Source: Eledone cirrhosa (Eukaryota). Taken from it: a stretch of DNA of 64,000 nt. The notes beneath the pieces are model-generated. The model had not been told where the DNA came from and did not search any database. It saw only the letters and a program-made list of their open reading frames with translations. Each line of letters opens with the position of its first letter. Positions within the stretch are counted from its first letter, which is position 1. A program made the position numbers and the translations under genes. Below, in pieces: positions 14,519-28,555 of this stretch. Where the stretch lies: positions 258,912,001 through 258,976,000 of the forward strand of contig OZ024742.1 in NCBI GenBank assembly GCA_964016885.1. Direction: 5' to 3'.

Positions 14519-14878
14519 TTCTTCTGGTTTTATAATTTCACAAAGTTTTACCAATAGAGAGAGAGAGTCGGTTTCTAACATAGACACAAGACTCTCTCAT
14601 TGGAATTTACACAACATCAACTAGGTATATATGTATGTATGCATGCATGTGTAGATATGGATGTTATTGTATGTGTGGATGTGGATGTTTTGAGTTGTAT
14701 GCGTGCATGCGTATATGCTTTGCATCTGTATATGTATATATGCAGTTATTAGATGCAACATTTTTGGAATGTTTTACATATTTTTACTGTTCCATTAATG
14801 GATTGTATTTGTAATTTCTTAACTAGTTGTGTTATTTCTGTTCCTGTGAAGCCTAGCTTCTCAAGATTTGTATGTATG

Positions 14879-14912
<34 letters not shown>

Positions 14913-15455
14913 TGTATGTATGTATGTATTTTCTCTTTCTCTTAATTTCGAGTATATTTTTTTGACCGACCACCTTTCTGGTTGCAAGGTTGTAAAAGAA
15001 AAAAATTGTCATCCCTTGAATCGCAAGAATGTTTTGCAAATTTTGAAGGTGCCAGCTATCGCAGCCATTTGTAGACTATGAATTAGGGAGCTGCGCTTTT
15101 TGTCCGCAAATCCAAGTTCAGTCATACTTTGGTCCAAGCGGGTTGGTATAATGTATGTATGTATGTATGTATGCATCTATGTATGCATGTGTGTATGTAT
15201 GTATGTATGTATGTATGTGTGTGTGTATGTATGTATGTATTCAATTTCTCTTATATTCGTGTTCATTTTTTCACCCGCCACCTTCCCGGCATGTTTGTAA
15301 AGCAGAGGAAATTTCTGTTGCCACTTATGTAATCGGTAATCCTTTGAATTGTAAGAACTTTTAACAGATTTTGCAGGCTCCAGATACTATGGCCATTTGT
15401 AGCTTATGAATTACGTAGTTGCGTTCTTTGTCCAAGTTCAATACCACTACACGTA
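14519..15455 (-). mobile_element. Stack of three 5'-truncated RLE-type LINE 3' ends (14519-14870, 14928-15150, 15240-15455) separated by (CATA)n
   Basis: NLEKLGFTGTEITQLVKKLQIQSINGTVKICKTF; IPTRLDQSMTELGFADKKRSSLIHSLQMAAIAGTFKICKTFLRF; DKERNYVIHKLQMAIVSGACKIC*KFLQF. These are mutually homologous C-termini typical of R4/Dong-like ORFs. Confidence 0.8.
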
Positions 15456-15640
15456 GGTGTTTTGTTGTTCGGCTACAGAAGGATTTGCATGTGGCGGATA
15501 GCAATACGGCCACCAGATATGATCAGTAGTTTTGCTATAAATGGGTAGCTACTGGACGAAGAGCGGTAAATTACTAGGGGAGATGGAGCAATGGTTGACT
15601 TCTGTGCCCCCAAAGAAAACTCTCACAACCCAGTGATATA

Positions 15641-15775
15641 CCGTATTTCCTCGAGGACGCACCCTAATTTTGACAACCAAATATTTGGAAAAAAATAATA
15701 AACAACCTTCGGCCTCCAGGACTTTTGAGACTTATTTTAGGGAAAATGTAGTGTCTTCGACGCCGGGAGATTCGG
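15641..15775. mobile_element. Decayed pogo/Tigger-like MITE
   Basis: TA|CCGTATTTCC...GGAGATTCGG|TA: imperfect terminal inverted repeats and a TA duplication. Confidence 0.55.
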
Positions 15776-16139
15776 TATTTACGACAAGGTGGGAAAAGGC
15801 CGTCTCTAAATACAACTAATGTTCACAAGATTGAGAGAGTACCAGCTTGGTGACTAGTGCGAATAAGATCACAAAAGCTGCAATATGGTGAGAGGTACGA
15901 AAGAAACCCATGCTGCATCGATCTTCGTGTGGTTTAACATGGGAGAGGTTCAGGCCTTAAATAGAATAGCCTGTTCGAAAAATATATAGCAATCTCTATT
16001 TCATGCCGCCAAAAATATATTGCAATCTCTATTTCATGCCGCAAAAACTGGCGATGGACTTGTGATCTGTCCTGGAGGCGTGTGGTGGATGCACAAAGAT
16101 TGCGTATCCCGGGACTCCAAAGAAGTTTCGGAAGGGAGT

Positions 16140-17630
16140 AAACTTTGACAATTGAAACATCGCACCCCTTACAGGTAAGAAGCGAGAACTAGTGGCGGAG
16201 GGTAGATGCTACGGGCTAGATATAGTCGAGGTTTCCACAACAAAGTTTCAGGCTCTGGTTCTGTAGATTTGGATGGTGGATGGAATCTCTACTATCCAGG
16301 TATGGTAACAGAAGTGACTGCACAGGTGGGAATGTGATACACAAAAACCCTCAGGTGATAGAATGTGTTATGGACTGGATCCCACGAGGAGCGCGGATTC
16401 CTCTTTTAAAGCTGAGGGTGAAAGATAGCTCTCGCTGGGTGATACAAGATTATGCACCGAACAAGGAGTCCGAATAGAGGTCCTTCCTTAACGAAGTCAC
16501 TGCAGCGTTAGATGTAGTTACGACTGAGTCATATATCTTCATGGGAGACTTCAATGCACATGTTAGCACAGAGAACCTGAAATAGAAATGCTGGAATGAA
16601 AAGCAACCCTGATCTACATACGAATTGAGAGGCTTTATGAGACTTCTGTTCTAGCACATTGCTAGAACAAAAGTCTCATAAAGCCTCACCATTATGAATA
16701 CCTTCTTCCAATTTAGAGACATCCATAAATATACATGTTATAAAGGGAATCAGGAACTAAGTTCAATAATTGATTTTATTATTGTCTCTGATCTCTTCGA
16801 ATCTGCGCTGGATGTTTGTTAAGCGAGGGTCTGCGCAGTCAACTGATCACCATTTAGTTATCTGCAACTTCAGACTACCTAAAGTCAAAGAATCCCACAA
16901 ACTGGCAGGGCCAGGGAGACCTACAGTGGGAGGGGTTGGTGGATAAATAAGCCATGACCAGGTAGGTATGCAGATACTATAGTATTTAAATTCAGTGAAA
17001 TCGCTGGGCAAACGGAGGACATTGAGACAGAGTGGAGATTGTTCAGCCCAGTAGCTTCTCCTTCAGCTGTTAAATGCTGCGGGAGAAAGAAGCTGTGTGT
17101 GGCGCCGGATGACAAGAGGAAACCTGGGTTCAATTAAGAGGTGAAGGATGCAATTCGAGGAAATAAGGAACCAAAGAAATATTGAATGAAAATAAGTCCT
17201 CCTTCTTTCACCTGCGATAAATAGTAGACACGAAGAATCGCAGCAGAGACAGTAAAGGCATCTAAAGGTAAGACACGGGAGGACTTTTGAGTTCAGATCA
17301 GGAAATAAAGCTTCATAATAGGGAGTCCTCCTCCACACCTGCTACCAGGAACGCATCTAGGGTTCTGCTGCATTCAGACAGGTTAATCATTGTAAGTTGG
17401 ATAAAATAATTTGCTGAGCTCCTAAATCCGATCACAACAGCACCTTTTGCTGCACACAAGGTGCATCTGGGAGCTGTGACTAACCTGTCGGGGGCAGAGG
17501 TCACAATAGCAATTAAATAGCTCAAACATGGCAAGCTCATTGAGGAAGATGAAATCAGGCCCTTGACGTTAAAGGCCTTAAACAGCGAATGTAATCTCTG
17601 ACTAAATCATGCATACTGGGTGGCCTGGAA
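16140..17630 (+). pseudogene. Decayed RTE-clade (Expander/Rex3-like) LINE: APE endonuclease and linker, ending before the RT core
   Basis: Frame-broken motifs NIAPLTGKKRELV...GLDIV, GGWNLYY, MGDFNAHV, LTIMNTFF...HKYTCY, SIIDFIIVS, TDHHLVIC, EVKDAIR, EVTIAIK*LKHGKLIEEDEIRPLTLKAL. Confidence 0.85.
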
Positions 17631-18227
17631 TCCCCCAACAACTACGTTCCTTCACTAACAAATGATATACAGGTGGTATCGTTTGAAGAAAAAACTATTT
17701 TTCACCAGGTAAACATTTAAAAGACCATGTTACCAGTATATACACTCATACATGTCTATGCCCAAGCAGATCTGACGGATCTTGTCCTAATTTCAGAGAC
17801 AGCCAATCGTAGCATAAAGACAATTATATACACAAAGCCATTCCATACATAAACATGGTGAGAAATTGTAGCCCATGCTTACGATAGACTTTAATCATAG
17901 TTCAGAAATGTAGTCTTGATAAAAAATTAACTTCTCGTTCTTATATTCTCTACGTAAATGAATTGACGGGATATAGATTGTAAGCGCGACGGGAGAGATG
18001 TCTCTTGATAACAACAAGTCTACATCGCATGATTTTCTTTTTCACTAGAATTCTCTAGCTACTAGCAAGAATCTTTTTTTTTTCTGTTACATATTCAATC
18101 ATGAACTAAGATAAGGTTACGAGTTCATTCTCTGTCTATATATCAATTTATACGTGACATATTGCATAATGTGACATCACATCAGTAAAATCTAGATAAA
18201 CATCATTTGATTATGTATATATATATA

Positions 18228-19363
18228 ACGGGTATGAAGCGAGGTTTTAGCTGCACTAACAAGTTTGATTTAGAACATAGCACAATGGAAAGCATCCAGC
18301 AGATAGCTAATTCCATACACCAGAGTATAACTGTAACTATCGACTACCCTTACAAACACCCTAACAATAGACTACCTGTATTAGACACGGAACTCTGGAT
18401 TAACACTATAGACGAGAGAGCCCAAATTCTCCACTCACACTATGCTAAACCCATGGCCTCCAAATACCTGATACTCAAAAACTCAGCAATGTCCAGAAGT
18501 GCTAAGTTTAATATTCTGATCGCAGATTTGGTACGAGTGATGAAGAATGTGTCCCGTATGTGCGGCCCTACAGAAATGGAAAGGCACATCCAACACTTCA
18601 TCAACCGCATGCAGTTCTCTGGCTACAACCAAAGAGACAGAGTCAGAGTATACGAAGGAGCCATGGAGAAGTATAAGACCCTCATAGAACTGGACAGGAA
18701 AGGAATTTGCCCATTATACAGGAGCAAATCATGGAATAGCTTAGATAGAGCTAGACATAAGATAGGGAAAGCCACCTCATGGTACGACAACCAGAGATAC
18801 CAGAGTGTCATGTTTGTGGACGTTACCCCTGGAGGGAAATTAGCTAAACAGTGTGGAAAGGCCATGAGAAAGACCCACTTAAAGATTAAGGTGGTAGAAA
18901 AGCCAGGAACCACCATAAAATCCCTGATCAGCAAAACCTACCCTTTTAAGAAAACCCACTGTACTAATAGGAAATGTATCATATGTAAGGTAAACCCCCG
19001 GTAAACTGTAAAACTAGAAACGTAGTCTATAGCTTAAGATGTACAGAGGGTACTTGCAGAAACATGACAACAACATACATAGGCGAGATAGCTCGAAGCA
19101 TAAGTGAAAGGATAGACCAAAACTGTGGGGAGCTAAAAGGACGAAAAAACGATTCAGTACTATACGAACATGCCAGACAACAACACGACGGTAACATAGA
19201 CAACATAGAAATTAGAATAATATCTAAACATAGAAATGACCCAGCAGATAGGCAAATCAGAGAGGCCAGTGAAATAGAACTTAGAAGGCCAAAGCTAAAC
19301 AGAAAGAATGAATGGAATAACAACAACACCCAAACAAACAACACTGACCTAAGAGAAGTATAA
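18228..19363 (+). pseudogene. 5'-truncated PLE: RT C-terminus/thumb, Cys-rich linker and GIY-YIG, with one frameshift near 19000
   Basis: IANSIHQSITVTIDYP...LPVLD...YAKPMAS...SGY...PLYR...VMFVDVTPGG.L...KVVEKPG...CTNRKCIIC / shift / NCKTRNVVYSLRC...YIGEIARS...SVLYEH...RQIREA...LNRKNEW. Starts right after (TA)n. Confidence 0.92.
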
Positions 19364-19623
19364 ATAAATAAATAGATAAATAAATAAATAAATACATACA
19401 CAAGCACAATAACAACAAACACATATAAACACACACTAGTAAATATAGAATACATTAACCAATACACAGTCACCCAATCACGAACACACATCAAACAAAA
19501 CACTATACACACACACAAACGCATGCGCAAAGAAGACAAAATAAAATAAACAAATAAATAAATACGTAAACAGACTAAATAAAGATGGCGTAGAAAATGT
19601 AATGCAACGGTAGGAAACAATAG

Positions 19624-19668
19624 CACCACTGACGATGTTGCAGATGTGCAACGAAAGATCTTTGATAG
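19624..19668 (+). ncRNA. Minimal type I HHR in the PLE 3' region
   Basis: acca-CUGACGA-u-guugca(gaug)ugcaac-GAAA-GAUC-UU|-ugau. Palindromic AGAUCU stem III; stem I has one mismatch. Confidence 0.75.
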
Positions 19669-19883
19669 ACTATATATATGTGTTTGTGTCTATATTGTAT
19701 CTATATTATTTTTTACCGTTGGTCAGTCAATGGCAATATTGAGGACCGAATAAATTAGATTACCGATATAAAAGACACAGAAGCGAAAAGCGAAAACCAA
19801 CCAAACAGTGACTGTATTCGACACACAATTTCATATCAAAAACCTCGCAAAACTAATTCATCGCCGTTATATATATATATATA

Positions 19884-20009
19884 TGATGATTTCTAAAGAA
19901 TGAAACAGTTCTAGTCCTGTAGAATCTCATCTATATTAAAACTTTTATACTCTGCTATGTATTGAGTACCTTACTTACTGTGGTTACCTCCGATTCAACC
20001 CGGAATAAC

Positions 20010-20051
<42 letters not shown>

Positions 20052-20090
20052 ATTCAGGACCTCGACGGCTGAATTCCGGCCATTTCGATA
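19884..20090 (+). mobile_element. TA-flanked non-coding module with a truncated HHR; relatives at 54566-54670, 60031-60205 and 49212-49270
   Basis: Shared tgatgatttcta..gaatgaaacagttctagtcctgtagaatc core and tail. Confidence 0.7.
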
Positions 20091-20134
20091 TACAGACACA
20101 AGCTCACACAAGCTCACACAAGCTCACACACACA

Positions 20135-20238
<104 letters not shown>

Positions 20239-21430
20239 GACACACATACACACACATATATATGCATATATATATATAAATGTGTATGTGTGTATCTGTA
20301 GTTTGTGATGTATATAATGTATCACACTAATGCAAAGATGGCCTATTTGTTGCAACGGTTTCACTACAAAATATATGAAGACACACTCCTCGCAGCTCCT
20401 CACACTTATCGTGTATTTGTAATTGAGGGGGGTGTAAGAGAGTTACTAAAAGGAGTGTGGAAGGATAGAGAGAGGATGGGATAGAGCTAGCATATGCATT
20501 TATATATATATATATGCGTCATTTCGTGCTTTTTAGGTGAATCCATTAAGCTGCATTCAAGAACCTGAACATTGTATGTGTGCGTGACAGCTGACAGGAA
20601 GTAGTTGACTGCTGACTACTGATGGCTTAAAGTTCAATAGATGGCGGTGGTGATGCTAGATTTCATAGTAGTGGTGATAGTGATGGTATAGTTGGTATTG
20701 AGTATGTTTTGGTGATGATAGAAGCTTTGGTGCTGCTGTTGATTTTCTGTTCTTTTTAAGATATGTATGGTGTGGGCGTGTGTGATGGTTAAGGAAATAT
20801 ACAATTTGAACTGGATGACAATGATCATCATTATTACGATTGATGTATTAACCCTTTAGATACCAAACCACTTTAAAATGCCCCTAGCTCTATGAAATTG
20901 TCAATTTTAAACTGTATGTATCTAAAATCATTCCATCATAATATTACGTAAGAAACTATTTAATTACGTTCCAAACACCAGCCTTATGAGGAGAAAGTTA
21001 TTTACATTATGAAATCCTTTCCAATTTCTGACTATTTTCAAAATACATTCAAAATCATTGGCAGTGTCTCTCATTAGATATGTAGAAGGGAGTGCTATGT
21101 TGATAATGGCAATTGCTATTATTGTGATTCAAATCATGCTGAGGACAACTTTGGATTTTATCCTTTTGTGGTCAATGAAATGAAATATAGGCCAAGCACG
21201 GGATCGATTTAATCTAGTTTCCCTTCCTCTTAAATCTATGGCCTTTTGTCTACGATAGAAACCATTTAGTCGAACAAATGCTAAGAAATTTTTGTTCGAG
21301 CTCGTTATTTTCGGATTTCAAATCCACCAAAGTTTTTTTCACCATCGTCATCATCGTCATCATCGTCATCATCGTCATCAACATCACAAACATTTTCGTC
21401 ACCACCACCATCATCGACATTATTATTACC

Positions 21431-21573
21431 GATCCCGCCGAGGTTAGCTTTGCCTTTCATCCTTATGGGGACGGTAAAATAAAGTACCAGTAATGCACTA
21501 GGGTCTATGTAACCGACATTCCCCATCCTTTCAAATTGCTGGCCTTGTGCCAAAATTAGAAATAATTATTATT
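21431..21573 (+). mobile_element. SINE, 5'-truncated
   Basis: atcccgccgaggttagctttgcctttcatcc...aaataaagtaccagtaa...ttgctggccttgtgccaaaattagaaa. Confidence 0.8.
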
Positions 21574-21974
21574 GTAAAAATGAAGGTGGACGGGGTAGTC
21601 AAGGATGAGGACGAGAGTGTGGGGGGGGGGATCCCGATGGATGATGATGATGATGATGGTGACTAAGGTGCTGGTTCTGCTGACGAAGACTATTATTATG
21701 TTTAAGAAATGAAGGAAAGGAGAAGGGGCCTGAAAGTGTTAATGTTAATGTAAGCCGAGATGATTGCCGCAGTAACGATGTGGATTGTGAAAGGGGGGTG
21801 GGGTGAATGATCGAGTTGAGAGGTGATGATGTGATTGGGGGAGGGGTTGTTTTTGATGATGACGAACGGGGGAAGTTGTTATTTATGGTGATGACGAATT
21901 GGCACAGAATTATTGATGTAAATGGTTACACACACAGGTGACATACACAGGCGCACACACACAGGTATATATAT

Positions 21975-22144
21975 ATTGTTTCTACTATTGGCACAAGGCC
22001 AACAAATAACCAGTACATTACTGGTACTTTATTTTATCGACCCCGTAAGGATGAAAGGCAAAGTTACCCTCGGCGGGATTTGAACTCAGAATGGCGTCAA
22101 AGCATGACGTCCGACCCTCTACCGATACTGCCAGTTCATCGCCC
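21975..22144 (-). mobile_element. tRNA-derived SINE
   Basis: Minus strand: gggcgatgaactggcagtatcggtag (A-box-like)...ctgagttcaaatcccgccgagg (B-box)...3' tail. Confidence 0.85.
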
Positions 22145-23127
22145 ACAGGTATATATATGTTATGTAGATATGTGTTTATGTTTATGTTTGTATATTGGTA
22201 AACTATTAGACCAGAGCGGTTAATAACGACCGCAATATCGGTGAACATATATAATTTTTCATGCCCGGAATTGATGTCATATATCCGCGGAGTACCAGAT
22301 ATGTGTACAATCATACCAAATTGAAAATTTGCGTTTTGATAAATCAGTAAGAGATAATCTATAGTTTATGTTGAATATTGACACGTGGAAGATTTTTGAA
22401 GATAATAATGATATTTGAATCATTTATTTCTAGGAAATAATCGCATAAATGCTCCTTCACATTATAATATATTATAATATATATATAGTATAATATAATG
22501 TGAAGGCATAAATGCTCAGCATTTACATACAAAGGGCTGAATACATGTATGAGTAACGTTGGAGAAATATGGACACATCAAGGGTTAGATCAAGGATTTT
22601 CTGATTGGAAAGCAAATTTCATTTTGGAGCAACGAGACTGAGATAGGAAATACATTGTCGTACATATGTGTGTGTATATTCACATGTATAAATTGTAAAG
22701 AGGTTTTCTATCGATACACTTATCCTGTTACTATGGTTGATTATCGGTGTGAATCTTTATGAGAGATTGAAGGGTATGAAGATTTCGTAGCTAAGGGCCG
22801 TCATTAACTCATGCTGTGTACATTTCGATATAAAATCAGAATCTTGCTGTGTGAGAGGAGTGAAGTAACGAAATTCACAGTGTGATGCACCAAACATAAA
22901 TATATAATATGAGAAACAGCAAAATCCCAGCAGCTGTTATCTATGATCATCTTTGTTTTATTGTAACAACAAAGAGTGTGGTGGTGACATAATGCTCTAT
23001 GATGCAAGTTAAGCAGAAACATCATTCTTATTTAGAACAATTAATATCGTCAACATCGCACTCATACTTGTTGACAAAATCCGCCCCCTTCTCCTCCTCC
23101 TCCTCCTTCTCCTCATTATCATTATCT

Positions 23128-23319
23128 GATAATTGTTTCTGCTTTTGGCACAAGGCCAGCAATTAACCAGTGCATTACTGGTACTTTATTTTATCGACCC
23201 CTTAAGGCTGAAAGGCCGAGGTTAACTTTGCCTTTCATCCTTACGGGGTCGATAAAATAAAGTACCAGTAATGCACTGGTTAATTGCTGGCCTTGTGCCA
23301 AAAGTAGAAACAATTATCA
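23128..23319. repeat. Head-to-head inverted pair of SINE 3' halves
   Basis: About 90-bp arms, near-perfect reverse complements around gccgaggttaacttt. Confidence 0.88.
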
Positions 23320-24057
23320 TTATCATCATCAACATAATCATAATCACCAGCATCAGCATCAGCATCACTCTCTCCATCATCATCATCATTATCATCATCA
23401 TGCTCATCCGCCCCCAGCCATCAATATCATTATTATCACCATCCTCATCACCACTGTATCATCATCATCATCATCGTCATCATTATCATCATCATCATCA
23501 TCATCTACACTAGAGTCCTGATCCCGGCGTTAACATTATTTTCCCAATGACTATCTCATCATCTACATCAACAACCCCCACCCCAGCCTTCCGGATCTGT
23601 AAAGCAATTTATTCACGGTTAAGTTCACCTAGTCTTCAGGGCTAGCCCAATGTGATACCGGGCTCGTTCTCCATTGATCACAAATATTTCACTATATCTT
23701 TAAGTCTTCTTTTTGCGTGTTTGGCGGGCATGAGTTTGTCGAGTGAAGGCAGGATTTATAAGCATGTTTAAAATCAATGTAATGTTGCTGTGAATATTCA
23801 GTAATTGCTCTCTCAATTTATTTTTCTTATGCTTATATATATACTCTCATCTATCATTTTCTTTTTTATTTTAAATCTCATTCTATCTTCGGAATGCCTA
23901 ACAACCGAGACTTTAACACTCTTTTCCTACTACATCCAGCGTTAAATTAATATACATCTTCATTGCATTGGATCTTTTCCTGCATTGTTTATTCGCACAT
24001 ACACATCCATACTCCCAATTACACACACAAACAAATACACAAATATATCTATACACA

Positions 24058-24203
<146 letters not shown>

Positions 24204-24204
24204 T

Positions 24205-24293
<89 letters not shown>

Positions 24294-24521
24294 CATACAT
24301 ACACACAAACACACACCATATTGACATAACAGGAAATAAAGCAATTATTCTCGAGAAATAAATCAATTTTATTGATGATATGATTGATTCTTATATACAA
24401 GAACTATTACGTCGTAGTTTACTACGATATGAATATTATAGATGATAATTATTTCTTCACAGATTATAATATTATAATAATATCAGATGATAGAGCTTAT
24501 ATATAATATATATTAATATAT

Positions 24522-24818
24522 TGTAAAGAGCCCCTTCGATCACGAATGACCATGATATTTGCACCTAGAAAGGTTCGGGCAAGTTTGTGTGTGGAAGACC
24601 AGCAGTTACCCTTGCATACGAACCTCCCCTCTCAACGCCACCGATGTTGTCCAAGGGAAAGGCAATGGCTGATACAGCCTGCCACCTGTGGCGTTGCAAC
24701 TCATTTCTACGCTAACTGGAGCAACATGAAACAATATGTCTTTCTCAAGGACACAACACATCACCCGGTCTGAGAATCGAGCTCCCAACCTTCCGAACGC
24801 AAGCCAAATACTCTTTCA
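24522..24818 (-). mobile_element. Second SINE family; related decayed copies near 43530-43780 and 57130-57400
   Basis: Shared core actggagcaac.tgaaa...gtct.t.tcaaggacacaac followed by a B-box-like gaatcga.ctc on the + strand. Confidence 0.65.
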
Positions 24819-26439
24819 CATATTATAATATATTATAATATATATAACAACAGTTATTTGATTTGAAGTAGAAAATTATAGAAAAAAAAAGACACTTCTC
24901 TAAGTCTTTTATAGATTGATTCAACACTCTGTTTTTATATGAAATAATTTAAATGCCATCAGTACTACAATAGACAGTCTAACATTAATACGAAAAGTCT
25001 CCACCCGGAACAAAGAATACAAATATTTTCAATTAGACTGGGGTTTCTCCGTTTTTTATTTTATAGATCTAACGAAATTTAATTTCTATTCACTCCCGCC
25101 CTTGAAACCTAATTGAATATAAAATTACAAATATATGTTTAATGCTTGAGTTATCATTTAATGAAATGGATGTGTTTTGTGGGCACTGAAAAGATTACAA
25201 ACCTTACGTTGTAGATTTTAGAATTTGAGCCACAAATGACTTCTTTCTTTGTTTAAAGTATTATTCTGTTTAGTAGCTTTCTAAATAATATATAGGGCTA
25301 AATCCATGTGTCAATGTGTTCAAACGTAGAAATCTCAGTAAAATTTACATTTACAAAATTATAAAACAAAACTGATTCATATCTTACGAGAGATTAGAAT
25401 CCGCAAAATGTCAAGGTGAACTCACCTTTAATGCTAGCTTTATGATATCCAGCTCATAATCTACATGATTCAGCGATTTTCTTTTCCGCAGAGAAAGGGA
25501 TTAATAAACACAAATTAGTATATTAACCCGCTTAGGACACCTGATCGTTTATTCACTCCTGTCAAAATGGTATTCACCCCGTAGTTGTTTATGTGAACCA
25601 TGCTGAGAAACCCCGAATTACACATCAATTGCCGTCAAAAGATATCACATATTCAAATCATTGTCAAACGAATACGTTGACCCTTTTATACAGGCCTCAT
25701 GAAATCGATCCTGATCCTACGATATAATGTTCCATCATAATTGTATCTAATCCACTTTGTCTATTTATGTTCCAAAGACCAGAGTAGCAATGAGAATTTT
25801 CATTATTTTCAAAATATTTTTAAAATAATAGGCAGCGTTTCATTAGAAATATGATAATGAAATTGATATATGTACACTTATCTGTTCGATTCTAAAGCTA
25901 TTCATACATTAGTTCACGTGTCGAAGTGTTCAGTTGAAGGAACAACTGAACGTGCATCGTCGAAATAGCATAATCCTCAATAGCGAAAGTTTCATTGAAG
26001 AGAATTGGACAGATTATCAAAGCCAACTCTTAAATAATTTTTACCAACTGTCTTATGCTATGTAATATGACGGCGCTTGACTAAGTAGTTACTGTGTCGA
26101 TCCGCGGTGGTGGAATTATTCCTCGAGTAAGGCACTTTGTTTCATGTTTCTCCAGGTCACTTAGTGTGTCACGTTGAATCTCCACGAGAACTATGTAAAG
26201 GCTACACGTCTCTGGTGCATGCCCAACAATTTGTTAGTTAATATGAGGGGTGATTAACCTTCGGATGCCCAACAGCAACACAAATGCTATAAAATACCTA
26301 AGATTTCAGTAATGTTTATAAATAACCAGCCCTCATGTCCTACTATGGGTCATAGCTATGATTTCTGTGAAGTGAACAACCCCACTCATCAAATATATAT
26401 ATATATATATACATAAATAAATTATATATATATGTATAT

Positions 26440-26478
<39 letters not shown>

Positions 26479-26765
26479 TATATATATATATATATATATA
26501 ATTTACTATTTCAGTATAGTTCGTAAATGCTCTCTTCTAAATGTTCTACGACATAACATAGCTCCAATTTCTGGGAAGTTTCTAAATGTACTTGAATGAA
26601 TGGATGTGTATCCTCGTGAAAGCTGGCGGATTTAATCATAGTAATTGATGTCATCTGCAAAACGGACAACTAAGAGACTAGCACTGGTAAATGAAAGAGG
26701 AAGATGGATTAAAACTGAATTAAATTTCAAAAATAACAAAACTAAAATATGTATATATGTGACTC

Positions 26766-26802
<37 letters not shown>

Positions 26803-27147
26803 GCGTGTGTGTGCGTTTGTTTGTGTGCATGTGATGTTATTATTAAAGATTTTTTATGAAATATGAACTTAGATACACAGGAAGTGTACTCGAGGAATTA
26901 CGATGAAATGGAGTGGGATGGTGCAGGTGCAGATCCAGTTCAAACAAGCAGCTGTGCATAGACTTTCATTTGCTGCAACGTCTGAAGAGATAGAAAGATA
27001 GATAGCGGCAGAGAGAGAGAGAGGGAGGCGGGAGAGATAGAGTTGGAGAGAGAGAGAGAAGGTGAGGGAGATAGAGATAGAGATAGAGAGACATTGATAG
27101 GTATAGGTAGAATTAAAGATAAAAAGATAGATGTAGGTAGATAGACA

Positions 27148-27224
<77 letters not shown>

Positions 27225-27753
27225 GGATAGCTTTCGATCCGTCTCCCCGTCTATCAATTTTCTCTCTTCTCTATTCCTATCTCACTCCCTCATTCGTTCT
27301 TTCTTTCTTCACTTTCTACTATAATATAATTATTCTTTATTACACGTCATTATTTATAACACTTACAATATTAATCTCACATAACTTTTTTCTATTCTCT
27401 CATTATAACTTCCCTTTTTTTCCCAGACACACACAAACATATATATAGTGAGAAATATACATTTACCTATTATACAATGCAAAAATAAAATGGACGAAGA
27501 TTAAGTCATTCTTCTAACACGTTTCGTCAAAAATATACGTAACACGTTTCGATAAAAATATACAACTCCATTATGTCAGGTTTGTGCAACGTTATGTGTA
27601 TGTGTTTCCGATCTGTGTGCATTTGTGTGTATGTGCCTGCATATAAGCACTTTTGCTGATGCGTATGATCGCCTATTACCCCACACACTTACAAATGCAC
27701 ACACATTTAATGAAATATGTATATATAATTCTATATATATTATATATGAATGC

Positions 27754-27881
<128 letters not shown>

Positions 27882-28061
27882 TTATTGTGTTGTATGTATA
27901 GTCTGTACCTTCGGTCGGTTAACTTCGTGTCACATTTTATAACCATGATGTTTAATTCTGGACGTAATGTTTGTTTTTAAATGTCGATCTATTGAGTGCT
28001 CTTTGATCGCCTAAAATCAAATTGATTTGTACATACTGTACTGCAGCTAAAGTTCTATTTA

Positions 28062-28103
<42 letters not shown>

Positions 28104-28555
28104 CAAATACACATACACACACACACGCCCACATATATAAATATATATATATATAGAGAGAGAGAGAGTGCGCGCGTGTGTGTGTGTGTGTGAGTGCGTG
28201 TGTGCATGAGTTTATAGTAATGTATGATTTAAACATTTGGCGTCTATTTGATACAGGATTTTCTTTTGATTTAGTTGTTTTGGTACAGTCCACCGTATTA
28301 GCATCATCATCACAATTACCATTATTCGGCTCTGCTTGAACACTCTAATCATCAATGACTTTCTAATTGTAAGCATCTTATTTCAATTATTCGCTACCGT
28401 GTATCTAGGACATGTGTCTCAATAGTAGCGTATTCGGATACCATCCTGTGGTATTGAGTTCATTTCACAGGTGAGCAAAACAAGATATTTACCGTTCAAA
28501 GGAACAGTGTATCCACATCTTGAGTCACAATGAATCTCCTTGAGAATTAACATCA

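Noticed and set aside
27516-27563. Two tandem aacacgtttcg...aaaaatatac units as CRISPR-like repeats or HHR halves
   Set aside because: A simple ~26-bp tandem duplication with no spacers and no intact CUGANGA; eukaryotic context.
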